48,602 nucleotides of DNA. Origin: an uncultured Planctomycetales bacterium (GTDB taxonomy: Bacteria; 4484-113). Numbering within the stretch: position 1 is the first letter of the stretch; every line of letters starts with the position of its first letter. Positions 1 to 9,400 of the stretch are shown piece by piece. The stretch spans positions 1 to 48,602 of the forward strand of contig CAZXPM010000001.1 in the NCBI GenBank assembly GCA_964643155.1, in the 5' to 3' direction. Made by a program: the position numbers and the translations under genes. Below the pieces are notes generated by a model. It worked only from the letters and a program-made list of their open reading frames with translations, made no database searches and was not told the origin of the DNA.

Positions 1-222
1 GCGCTTCACCGCCACCGGGTCGTCCCAGATGTCGTAACCGTTTACGCGGGCGGTGCCGGCTTGGGGGTAAATCAGGCCGGTGATAACCCGCATGGTAGTG
101 GTCTTGCCAGCGCCGTTGGGCCCCAGGAACCCCACTACTTCACCAGGCTTGACGGTGAAGGTAACATTGTCCACCGCCAGGGTGGCGCCGAACTTCTTCG
201 TCAGGTTTTCAACCTCTATCAT
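1..222 (-). CDS. ABC transporter ATP-binding protein, N-terminal part only (gene runs off the window start)
   Basis: Own translation of the minus strand from ATG 222-220: MIEVENLTKKFGATLAVDNVTFTVKPGEVVGFLGPNGAGKTTTMRVITGLIYPQAGTARVNGYDIWDDPVAVKR. Walker A is GPNGAGKT. Absent from the ORF track because the window edge truncates it. Confidence 0.85.
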   Translation of the reverse strand, partial: MIEVENLTKKFGATLAVDNVTFTVKPGEVVGFLGPNGAGKTTTMRVITGLIYPQAGTARVNGYDIWDDPVAVKR

Positions 223-361
223 CTGTTAGATTCACCAGCTTAAAGTGTTCAAGCCCCGTATTCTATGGGGCGCGGTAAACCGTGTCAATAATGACTGTAC
301 CCGGAATCGCGCGGGTCTCAGTAGCAAGACGCAGATAACCGACTATTGTTCATGCATCGCG

Positions 362-1012
362 CTAAACGAGCTCTTTGACCTTCTCCCAGTCGGCGAGGAA
401 GCGTTCCAAGCCAACGTCAGTGAGGCTGTGGTTGAAGAGCTTGAGCAGCACTGAGAAGGGAACAGTGGCGATGTCGGCGCCAATGAGCACAGCCTCTTTG
501 AAATGGTGCGCATGACGCAGGCTGGCCGCGAGGATGCGGGTGGAGAACTCGTAGTTGTCCCAGGCCTGCACGATCTCCTCCAGCACTTCCATGCCGGTCT
601 GGCCGATGTCATCCAGCCGGCCAATGAAGGGCGAGACGAAGTAGGCGCCGGCTTTGGCAGCGAGCACCGCCTGGTTGACCGAGAACACTAAAGTGACATT
701 CGTCTTAATGCCCTCGTCCGCGAGCGTGCGCACGGCTTTCAGGCCCTCAGGGATGATGGGAATCTTGACCACGATGTTGTCCGCCCAGGAGGCGATTTCC
801 CGTGCTTCCCTGACCATGCCGTCGTGGTCGGTTGCGGTGACTTCCGCCGAAACCGGCCCGTCAACGATAGAACATATCTCTTCTATGCATTCACGGAACT
901 TGCGTTTTTCCTTCGCCACCAGGCTGGGGTTGGTGGTCACGCCGTCCACGAGGCCCATGGCCACGCCCTGGCGGATTTCTTCCACATTCGCCGTATCAAG
1001 GAATATCTGCAT
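362..1012 (-). CDS. tal: Transaldolase / fructose-6-phosphate aldolase (short type, ~216 aa)
   Basis: The track ORF 362..1309 carries an unlikely 99-aa extension. The family-typical N-terminus [13 protein letters not shown] starts at ATG 1012. Also seen: GVTTNPSL, the active-site region VVKIP, and [11 protein letters not shown]. Confidence 0.9.
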   Translation of the reverse strand: MQIFLDTANVEEIRQGVAMGLVDGVTTNPSLVAKEKRKFRECIEEICSIVDGPVSAEVTATDHDGMVREAREIASWADNIVVKIPIIPEGLKAVRTLADEGIKTNVTLVFSVNQAVLAAKAGAYFVSPFIGRLDDIGQTGMEVLEEIVQAWDNYEFSTRILAASLRHAHHFKEAVLIGADIATVPFSVLLKLFNHSLTDVGLERFLADWEKVKELV

Positions 1013-1205
1013 GCCGCGTACTCCTGTTGGATTGGCCAGTAATCTTAGCATAACGTGCCGGACCCGCTGCATTGTCCTATAATCCTGAGCGAACCGCCTC
1101 AGGCCGCCCGGGAACTTAAGCTCACGCCACCGCATCGTATCTAACGAGTTCGTGGAGCGCAGCGTTCCGGAAAGCTGAGCCCGCCGGCAGTCCAGCAGCG
1201 ATGGG

Positions 1206-1826
1206 ATGCCGGAAAGGAAGGTGGTTTGCGGTGCAGCGATGGTGGAAATACCGTCTAACTTGCTTCTTGGGTGTCTGCGGGGTGACGATTCCTGCTGGCA
1301 GGAACTCATCCAGCTTACAGGCGGTCACCTAAAGCGCATCGCCCGCGTGAACCTGCGGGACCCCAGCTTCGCCGAGGACGTGCTCCAGGAAACGTATTAC
1401 AAGGTGCTCAGAAACCTACACAAACTTAGAGACCGTTCCAAGGCGATGCCCTGGATAGTGCAGATACTCATCAACGAGTGCAGGATGTTGAACCGCAAAA
1501 CCAAGAAGGAGATACGTAACGAAGACGAGGAGAGCCTCTCCTACACCCTCGCAGCCAATCCCAGCAACCGTGGCCGCGACGAAACCCGCCAAGTGCTTGG
1601 GGGTCTGCTCAAGCAGTTGCCCGAGTTGTATCGCGAGATCCTGGTGCTGCGCGAGGTTGAAGGAATGGACTACACGGAGATTGCATTGGCCCTGAAGATA
1701 CCGGTGGGAACGGTACGCTCCCGGCTGGCCCGTGCCCGCTCCATGTGGGTAGAGCTGGCCGAGGAGGTCGTGGAGGAGGGCCAATTGCTGGACCTCTACT
1801 TTGAAGGAGGAGAAAACGTTGCTTGA
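1206..1826 (+). CDS. RNA polymerase sigma-70 family, ECF-type sigma factor
   Basis: Region 2 ([29 protein letters not shown]) and region 4 HTH ([38 protein letters not shown]). The start may instead be ATG 1239. Confidence 0.85.
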   Translation: MPERKVVCGAAMVEIPSNLLLGCLRGDDSCWQELIQLTGGHLKRIARVNLRDPSFAEDVLQETYYKVLRNLHKLRDRSKAMPWIVQILINECRMLNRKTKKEIRNEDEESLSYTLAANPSNRGRDETRQVLGGLLKQLPELYREILVLREVEGMDYTEIALALKIPVGTVRSRLARARSMWVELAEEVVEEGQLLDLYFEGGENVA

Positions 1827-2367
1827 CAACTACCTCAAAGGGCTGATTTCGGAGTACGCGGACGATGTGCTGGACCTGGAAACCACCCGGAAGGTGAGCG
1901 AGTTCATTGCTTCAAACAGAGAAGCCGAGGAGTACTTGCTGCGGCTACAGCGGCTCCGCCGCCTGACCCGCGACGAGCTGGCCGAGATGGAAGACGACCC
2001 CACTCTGGAGCTGCGGATAATGAACGATCTGCGGCTGCGCAGCTTTGAGCGCACATGGTGGGAGCGTGTCTGGGACTACAGAGTGTTCTCGCCCAGGGTC
2101 GCGGTGGCAGTGGGAGCGGTGTTCCTCCTGCTGGTGTTTGCGCTGTTCACGCTGTTTGAACGACCGGTGGCGAGCTTTTACCGGGACACCAAGGAGCGCG
2201 TGGTGGAGATGGGGGACGAGGCCAAGTCCGAGCTTGAGGAGCGGGGGCGGGAGCTTTCCGAAGAGATTGAAGGCCTGCTGCTGCCGACTGAAGCAACAGA
2301 GAAGACGGAGCCAAAGGCCAACCGTCGGCAGACCGGCTGGGCACCTGAGGAGGAATTCGTGGCATGA
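1819..2367 (+). CDS. Membrane-anchored anti-sigma factor (putative, non-zinc type)
   Basis: In-frame TTG 1819 is preceded by GAAGGAGGAG and overlaps the sigma stop by 8 nt. It has an N-terminal anti-sigma-like helical segment, one TM (VAVAVGAVFLLLVFALFTLF) and sits immediately after the ECF sigma gene. The track start is 1801. Confidence 0.6.
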   Translation: MLDNYLKGLISEYADDVLDLETTRKVSEFIASNREAEEYLLRLQRLRRLTRDELAEMEDDPTLELRIMNDLRLRSFERTWWERVWDYRVFSPRVAVAVGAVFLLLVFALFTLFERPVASFYRDTKERVVEMGDEAKSELEERGRELSEEIEGLLLPTEATEKTEPKANRRQTGWAPEEEFVA

Positions 2368-2942
2368 CACGCTGCTTCTACCATCCTGAGATTGAAACTG
2401 AGGCGAAGTGCGAACTCTGTGGCAAGGCCATTTGCCCCGAGTGCTATGTATGGCGGGAGGGCAAGCTGCTGTGCGCCAAGTGCGATGCACGGGTTGCAGC
2501 CAATGGATTCGAGCACGTGCGCGATCAGATGGCGCACAGAGAAAGGCCTTATTGGTGGGGGCTCGTGCTGCCGGGCCTGGCCCAACTGCTAAAGGGCGAG
2601 GTGTACAAAGGGTCGTTTTTCCTGGTGTACTTCATCGGCTCGATGGCAGCGGGCAACCCGCTCTTTGGATTCCTCGCCTATGCCCTGAGCATCTGGGACT
2701 TCTTCTCGCCGCTGGTCCACGAAGAGGCCAAATGGGAGACCCACGTTGACTTCCGCACCTTTGTTGGCGTGATGCTGATGGTGGTGGGGGTCATCGGGGT
2801 GATCGCCAACTTCAGCAGCACGGCTGAGACGACCCGACAGGTGGCCGCAGTGGTGATGTCGCTGCTCACTATCGCCTTCGGGCTCTTTATCACGCGGGAG
2901 AAGATGGGTCAGCACGCAAAGGAGGCGGGAAATGACGGTTAG
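2364..2942 (+). CDS. Zinc-ribbon/B-box-like N-terminal domain membrane protein (hypothetical)
   Basis: ATGA overlap with the upstream gene. Cys-rich N-terminus CFYHPEIETEAKCELCGKAICPECYVWREGKLLCAKCD, followed by several hydrophobic TM segments. Confidence 0.6.
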   Translation: MTRCFYHPEIETEAKCELCGKAICPECYVWREGKLLCAKCDARVAANGFEHVRDQMAHRERPYWWGLVLPGLAQLLKGEVYKGSFFLVYFIGSMAAGNPLFGFLAYALSIWDFFSPLVHEEAKWETHVDFRTFVGVMLMVVGVIGVIANFSSTAETTRQVAAVVMSLLTIAFGLFITREKMGQHAKEAGNDG

Positions 2943-3711
2943 AGATTTCGTGATGCTTGCCTTGATCCTGGTTGTAGGGCTGGCGTTCAACCGCTGCGCC
3001 TTTGAAGGCAGGCCGGTATTCGAAAACGAGCATGGCGCATCACACATGTCGAGCCAAACCGACGAATCGCTGGAGGAGCCGTTTGACCGCATTGACCGCC
3101 AGCTGGACGAATTCGGTGAAGCAATAGAGCGCAAGAGCGAAGAGTTGGAAAGGCGGCTGGAACGGACTATTGGCCGCGCGGAGGATGACAATTCGGCCCG
3201 CAGCAGTGTAACGATCACCAAACGCCTCCGGGATGGCTCGGATCTGCACTTGGTGCTTCCATCCGCCTGCGAGCAGACGATACTGGACTGGGGCGAGATG
3301 GAGAAGCCGCGGTGGAGCATTTCGCTTTCGGGCGACGAGGAGCTTGACGCCCCGGACATCAGCTACGACAAGGCCAAGGGTTCCACCACTATTGCCTACG
3401 GGGAACGCACGCCGGTCACGGTCAAGCTGGCCCTGCCGAGCGTTCCCTTCCGCCTGACCATAAAGGAGCCGGACTTCATTGACGCCGAGCTTCTCCCCGG
3501 CGAACTCGCAGTCCGCCTGGGACGCATCGGCGACGTGAACGCGGTGCGCCAGGGTGACCGCCTAACGCTCAGCGGCGACGGGTGGTCACTGGTGTTGAAC
3601 GGCATCAAGCTCCCTGTTCGGATTGTGGACTCCGTCGGCCGCGTGCTCGGTGAGTTTGCAGCCGACGCCGAGGCCAGGCTGATGACCGGCGAGAAAGGAG
3701 GTACCCAATGA
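2932..3711 (+). CDS. Hypothetical membrane-anchored protein (N-terminal TM, coiled-coil, beta-rich C-terminus; possibly toastrack-like)
   Basis: 259-aa ORF that overlaps both neighbours (11 nt upstream, ATGA downstream). TM is FVMLALILVVGLAF. I recognise no catalytic motif. Confidence 0.5.
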   Translation: MTVRDFVMLALILVVGLAFNRCAFEGRPVFENEHGASHMSSQTDESLEEPFDRIDRQLDEFGEAIERKSEELERRLERTIGRAEDDNSARSSVTITKRLRDGSDLHLVLPSACEQTILDWGEMEKPRWSISLSGDEELDAPDISYDKAKGSTTIAYGERTPVTVKLALPSVPFRLTIKEPDFIDAELLPGELAVRLGRIGDVNAVRQGDRLTLSGDGWSLVLNGIKLPVRIVDSVGRVLGEFAADAEARLMTGEKGGTQ

Positions 3712-4898
3712 GGCGCGCATCGTTTGGTCTGCTTATCATCTTGATCGGGGTCGTTGTACTCCTTTGGGAGCTCCTGCCCAACTCGGATACGGTCTTGAGG
3801 TTCTGGCCCCTGCTCATCGTCGCCTACGCCTTGGCCGTCCCAGGCATCACCAGAACAGCCTACCGCCTCAGCCTGGCTGCGGTGGGTGGGATCCTGCTGG
3901 TTGACGCGCTGCTGCCACAGATCTTCGGCCAGCATTTCGGCGCGCTGTGGCCCCTGCTGCTCATACTCCTGGCAGTTGCCATCCTCCTGGGTTCGGCTCA
4001 ACCTCAGCGCCGGCGAATTGAGGTGAAGTATGAGGAATCGCCCAGGGACCTCGGCGAGCGGATTGCGCGGAAATTCGAACGGAGAATCGACATCACAGGA
4101 ACCACTAGCAAGGATTCGGCATCCTCTTCTACGAAAGCCAATTCCATTCAGGAGGAACCGACTATGACCATCAAGGATACGGATGCCATCGGCAGAGAAG
4201 ACGCGAGCACCTCGGACCCGAGCACCAAGGGCGCAGAGACGCGGGCGAAATACGAGGGTGACACGGCTCACTTCTTTTCAGAACTACCAGAGGGAGTCAG
4301 CGAAGTGCGCTGCCACATTGACTTCAACGTCGGCCTGCTGGAGATCGGCGGCGCCACCGACAAGCTCTTTGAGATTGACGCGGAAATCACCCATGGGATT
4401 GAGCCCGAGGTCCGCGTCCACCAGGAGGAACGGGGCGGGCACAAGATCGCAGTACTGGTGGTGGAACAGAGCTACGGCGCGGGCCGCACCCCCCTGAACA
4501 TCAAATCCAAGTGGGTTATGCGGCTCAACCGCAGCCTGCCACTTGAGCTGGACTGCGAGCTGAACGCCGCGAGAGCGGAGCTGGACCTGCGCGAACTGCG
4601 GGTCACCAGCGTGAACCTGGAGAACAACGCGGCCAAGGTGGACCTTCGGCTGGGCGAGCGTGAGAGCAACGTAAGCGCGGTTGTAGAGAACAACGCGGCG
4701 AAGGCGGAGATTGTGCTTCCGGCATCATTCGGCGTGGAGGCGACGCTGGAAAACAACTTCGGAAAGCACGACTTCAACGAGAGCCTGCCGCACCGCACCA
4801 ACGGAATCTGGCACACCGAAGGATTTGCCGAAAGCGAGAAGCGCATCAGGATGCGCGTGGAGAACAATGCCGGCGCTGTCCGGCTACGGAGGATATAG
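3708..4898 (+). CDS. LiaF-like envelope-stress protein (LiaI-LiaF-type TM region + C-terminal DUF2154/toastrack-like repeats)
   Basis: Four N-terminal TM helices. The C-terminus has repeated beta-strand units (ENNAAKVDLRLG, ENNAAKAEIVLP, VENNAGAVRLRR). RBS AAAGGAGG lies upstream. It is adjacent to a PspC gene. Confidence 0.65.
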   Translation: MRRASFGLLIILIGVVVLLWELLPNSDTVLRFWPLLIVAYALAVPGITRTAYRLSLAAVGGILLVDALLPQIFGQHFGALWPLLLILLAVAILLGSAQPQRRRIEVKYEESPRDLGERIARKFERRIDITGTTSKDSASSSTKANSIQEEPTMTIKDTDAIGREDASTSDPSTKGAETRAKYEGDTAHFFSELPEGVSEVRCHIDFNVGLLEIGGATDKLFEIDAEITHGIEPEVRVHQEERGGHKIAVLVVEQSYGAGRTPLNIKSKWVMRLNRSLPLELDCELNAARAELDLRELRVTSVNLENNAAKVDLRLGERESNVSAVVENNAAKAEIVLPASFGVEATLENNFGKHDFNESLPHRTNGIWHTEGFAESEKRIRMRVENNAGAVRLRRI

Positions 4899-5309
4899 GT
4901 GGCAAACGTAAAGGACAGACTCTACCGTTCGCGGACCGACAAGATCCTCGGCGGCGTGTGTGGCGGCCTGGGAAACCACTACGGGCTGGATCCGCTCATT
5001 ATCCGCATCATCTGGGTGGCAGCGCTGTTCCTGCTTGACTTCGGCGTTCCGCTGCTGGTCTACATTCTGTGCTGGCTGCTAATACCTCGCGAGCCAACCG
5101 GCTGGAGAGTGGAAGCGGGTTTTGACGCTGGGTTACAGCGCGGCGTTTTCCTTGGAATCGCTCTCATCGTCGTCGGAGTAATGGCGCTGCTGGCAACCGT
5201 GCTGGTTATCAGCTGGCCAGTGCTTCTAGCGATAGGCATGATTGCCCTTGGCGCGCTGATTGCACTGGGCGCCTTCCCTAACGGATTCAGCCACAACAAA
5301 GAGGGATAA
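4899..5309 (+). CDS. PspC domain-containing membrane protein (phage-shock protein C family)
   Basis: N-terminus LYRSRTDKILGGVCGGLGNHYGLDPLIIRIIWVAALFL is the classic PspC domain, followed by TM helices. GTG start immediately after the upstream TAG. Confidence 0.85.
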   Translation: MANVKDRLYRSRTDKILGGVCGGLGNHYGLDPLIIRIIWVAALFLLDFGVPLLVYILCWLLIPREPTGWRVEAGFDAGLQRGVFLGIALIVVGVMALLATVLVISWPVLLAIGMIALGALIALGAFPNGFSHNKEG

Positions 5310-5314
5310 ACAAC

Positions 5315-6292
5315 ATGGCTACTGAAAGCAAGAGGGACTCACACAACATCAACAGCATTTTCTGGGGCACGCTGATACTGCTGGTCGGCGCGACCTGGCT
5401 GGGCATCAACATCGGCATGGTGGAGCCAAGCGCCTGGGAAATCCTCATGAAGATGTGGCCGGCGCTGCTCATCATCTGGGGGTTCAATATCATCGTCTCG
5501 CGCACCGCCATTCGGTTTCTGGCGTACATCACTCCGCTGGTGCTAGTGGCTGCATTCGGTTACGCTGTGTTCTACGCGCCAACGGACGACGGAGAGGGAT
5601 GGTTCTCCACGTTTGTTCTGCCATTTACCATCAATCACAACGGAAGCACTAACGTCGGCGAGCTGACCGAGTTCACGTATGTGCTGGATGACATCAAGGG
5701 CGTGGAGAGGGTTGAAGTCCAGCTCAGTATGGGAGCCGCCGAACTCAGTGTAATGGCCGCCGACGAGGACGCGGCATCAGTTGAGGTCAGGAGTAACGTC
5801 GGCGAGCCCGAAGTCACGCTGGATGTGGTAGGCAACAAGCTGGTGCTGGAAGGACAATCGCCACGGGTGAAAAGCGTCATCGGGAAAGTGAAGCAGGAGT
5901 GGGAAGTCGCGCTGCCGGCTGGGCTGCCACTAAGCTTCGAACTGGACACCGGGGCATCCGACAACAACGTTGACCTGCGGGAGTCCTTGCTGGAATCACT
6001 GGATGTTGAGAGCGGCGCGGTGGACCTGGACCTGTGGCTGCCGTATCCGGACGAGCAGGGATATGACGTACGCATAGAGTCGGGGGCGTCCAATATCAAC
6101 CTGTGGTTCCCTAAGAACGCTCCCGTGCGGATTGAGGCGGATCTGGCGGTTGCGGGCACCAACTTCCGCGAGGCCGGGCTGGAGAAGCAGAGAGGCTACT
6201 GGGTGTCACCCGACTACACCGTGGGTGTCCCGTTCGCAGATGTCAACATTTCTGCAGGCGTCGCGTCAGTCAGGGTGCACTTCGAGGAATGA
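5315..6292 (+). CDS. LiaF/toastrack-family membrane protein (DUF5668-like TM region + DUF4097/DUF2154-like C-terminal domain)
   Basis: N-terminal SIFWGTLILLVGATWLGINIG...MWPALLIIWGFNII. The beta-rich C-terminus has repeated segments (GAVDLDLWLP, ESGASNINLWFP, VRIEADL). Confidence 0.65.
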   Translation: MATESKRDSHNINSIFWGTLILLVGATWLGINIGMVEPSAWEILMKMWPALLIIWGFNIIVSRTAIRFLAYITPLVLVAAFGYAVFYAPTDDGEGWFSTFVLPFTINHNGSTNVGELTEFTYVLDDIKGVERVEVQLSMGAAELSVMAADEDAASVEVRSNVGEPEVTLDVVGNKLVLEGQSPRVKSVIGKVKQEWEVALPAGLPLSFELDTGASDNNVDLRESLLESLDVESGAVDLDLWLPYPDEQGYDVRIESGASNINLWFPKNAPVRIEADLAVAGTNFREAGLEKQRGYWVSPDYTVGVPFADVNISAGVASVRVHFEE

Positions 6293-6342
6293 AGCTCTCC
6301 CCGAAGGCCGCTGAGACGGTCGAATCGGGATTGCCTCCCCAG

Positions 6343-6370
6343 GAAACCCGTCTGAATGAGGACGGGTTTC
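6343..6370 (+). terminator. Perfect 10-bp hairpin ending the ECF/PspC operon
   Basis: GAAACCCGTC-TGAATGAG-GACGGGTTTC, 50 nt after the stop at 6292. The U-tract is weak (TGCTAT). Confidence 0.5.
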
Positions 6371-6373
6371 TGC

Positions 6374-6379
6374 TATAAT
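6374..6379 (+). promoter_or_regulatory. Consensus -10 box (TATAAT) upstream of the TPR/J-like gene
   Basis: TATAAT lies 24 nt before ATG 6403 and directly after the hairpin. I found no convincing -35. Confidence 0.3.
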
Positions 6380-6402
6380 CAGCCGTTACGGAACGCCAAG
6401 CG

Positions 6403-9400
6403 ATGGGCATCCTACGCGCACTTTCGGGACTCCTCGGCGGCAAATCCCTGCGGCAAGCCGCCACGTTTCTGTCAACCGGCAAGACCGAAGAAGCCCTGAA
6501 GATTGTAGAGAAGTTGGCCGCCGGCTTTGAACCGCCGGTTCCTGAAGAGAAGCTAGAGGAGTACGCAGAGCTGCACGCGCTCTGGGGGCGGTGCCTGGCG
6601 AAGATGAAGAACCCCGAGGCGCTCAAGCACTTCGTTATCTCCGACGAGGCGAAAGAGAACGAGTCCTTGTTGCGCGAGGGGGCTATTCTCATCGATGAGC
6701 TGGGAGTAGTCTCGCCGGAAGCTACAGCGTACATACTGAAGCTGGCGCAGCGCACAAGCGGCGAGAAGGGCTTCTTACTGAACTACGCCAAGAAGCTCGT
6801 TGAAGAAGGGGGGGCCGCGCTCTCGGGGGAAGAGTTTGAGCTGGTGATGGAGGCCAGCCGGACATTCACTCTCTGGAAAGGTGGAAGCACGCTACTGGCG
6901 GAGAAGTTCCTGGAAGAGGGCCGCCGAGACGCCGAGGCGATTGACATCTACCGCATTGCTTACCCTACGCGCCAGCACGACGAGAAGCTGGTCGCAATCC
7001 TGCTGGAGCATTTGACGGTCAACAACGAGCGCAGCGAATTCGCGGCCAAGCTGTACAAAGACCAGCTGGACAGCGGCCTAGAGGACGATAACGCGCTGCG
7101 GCTGCTCGCCGAATACTACATTGAGCAGCAGGAAGTAACGCCCGCCACGATTGAGTACATCCAGCGGGCGTTGGAGAGGAAGTTACCGGGGCACGACTAC
7201 CTGGAGAAGTTCGCCGGATACCTGCTGCGCTCGCGCAAGGAGTTCCTAGACAAGAAGAAACTGCTCCTGCTGGTTTTCCGGGCGGGGTACTTCAACAAGA
7301 ACGTGCTCGCATTCCTCGCGCAGGCGTTTGCTGAGGAGGGGAACTTCTCTGAAGAGGCGCTGACCGCGTACGAGGAAGCACTGAAGAACAACCTGCTTAC
7401 CAAGCGCATCACGCTAGTCCTGGCCGAGTACTTCTTAAGCGAAGACCGCCGCGACGACTTCGCGTGCAGGGTGTATGAGCATTACCTGGGCTCATGGCCG
7501 GAAAGGCGGCAGCCCAGACTGTACAGCCTGCTGGCGGCAAGCTATATTGAAAAAAAGCGGGTGGATGAGCAGGCGCAAGCCATATATGAAGTTGCGCTCA
7601 CTCACGACCCGAACAACCCGGAGATTCTCCCACTGCTGGCGGCGAGCTACCTGACCTTTGAAACACGCCAGCCAAAGGCCTATTCGGTTTACGAGCGCGC
7701 CTTCCCCCTGATGGACGAGGCGCACAGGAAGCAGGTGGCGCTGCTGCTGGCAGAGAAGCGCATTGAAGACGGGAATTTCGACCGGAAGACGCTGGATTAC
7801 ATTGACCTGGCGCTGCCGCAGGCGCAGGGAAGCCGCAAGGAAGCCCTGCTGGAGGCCCGCACGAAGTGCTTCCTGGCGCTAGACCGCAAGGATGAGCAGG
7901 CAGCGAAGATATACCTGGAGCTCTACCACCGCAACATTGAAGAGCGTAAAGAAAACACGAAGCTCGTGAAGATCCTCTCCGATATCCTCGTTGAAAGCCC
8001 CGAGCTAGTGGACGCACCGGAAGAACTGAAGCTGAGGATATGCTACGAGCGGTTTGAACTGGAGAAATACGAGTGCCCGGCGGAGATTTCGTTCCTGCTG
8101 CTGGAAGATGTACTTACGCGCAACCATGACTACAAACACCGGCTGGCGCTGGCAGTTCGGTGCTTTGACCTAGACTGCGATAGCCTTTCCAGGCGGCTGG
8201 AGGAAACGGGGAACCTTGAGCTGCTGCAAGAGATCGGGAAGTTCTACCTCGACCGGTTCAACTATGAGCTCTCGGCCAAGGCATACCTGGTAGCCAACAC
8301 CTACAAGCATACTGAAGAGAACGACTACAACCTTGCGAAAATCCGGTTGGCGGAGAACCGCGAAGACGAGGCGCTTGAGATGCTAGAGGCTGTCAAGTCG
8401 CCAGAGATGAAGGCCAGAGTGCTTTACTGGCGAGCGGCGGCGCTGCAGCAGAGAATGATGCCCCAGGAGGCGCGGCCGCTCATTGAGGAGCTTGAGGCCA
8501 ACCCGGATTCGGTGCCTGAGATACTGATCAAGCTACGCCTGGGCCTGAACGCCGAGCTGGAGGGAGACTATGGAGACGCGGTGGAGCTTTACCGCGAAGT
8601 GCTGGAAGATCCCAGCAGCCTGCCCTACCGCCGGTGGGTAAGCCTGGAGATTGGCATTGCATTGTGGCGCATGGGGACAACCGACGAAGCGCAGAAGGAG
8701 CTGGAAGCGGTATACCGGCATAACCCGAACGGACGCGCTGAGCAGCGGACCTATTCAATGATCCTCGTGGCCCGCGGATACGAGCTCATCCAGGAGAATC
8801 AATGGGACCGGGCGCTCGGCAACTTCATTGAAGCCATTGAAGTGAACCGCACTGACCGCTTCTTGCGCAGTGTAATCGTGGACCTGCTGCTGATTTACGC
8901 GAAGAGGTACTTTTTCAACCGTGAATACGAGATGGCCGTGAGGATACTGGAAGTGGCGCACCGCGTCCTGCCCAAGAGCATGGATGTGAAAGTGTACCTT
9001 GCATACTCGTACCATCTCATGAAAAAGTACGGTCAAGCGCTGATTTACTACCGCGATATCACCTGGACGACCGATGCTCCGATGCTGGAGCGGTCACAGG
9101 CCTATTGCTATATCCAGAACAACCAACCGGAGAAAGCGTGGCGCGTCTTCCTAGACCTGAAGCGCCGCGGGACCTTGCTTCCGAGCAGCATCCCGTTGCT
9201 ATTGCAGTCATACCTGGCAGATCAGGCCCAGGAGGGGTCGGAGACATTCAAGAGCTTCGAGTTTCCGGAGGACACCAAGAGCCCTATCCCCTTTGCCGCT
9301 TTCTATATCCATGACGGGCAGTACGACCGCGCGCTGAAGTTGCTAGCCAAGCATGCCAAAGGCGGGCACCAAGAACTCCAGCGGCTCTGGTTCATGGGCA

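Noticed and set aside
1013-1309. 99-aa N-terminal extension of the transaldolase ORF (track start 1309), and the small ORFs at 1122..1328.
   Set aside because: The family N-terminus MQIFLDTAN begins at 1012. The extension crosses the divergent promoter region and overlaps the sigma factor gene.
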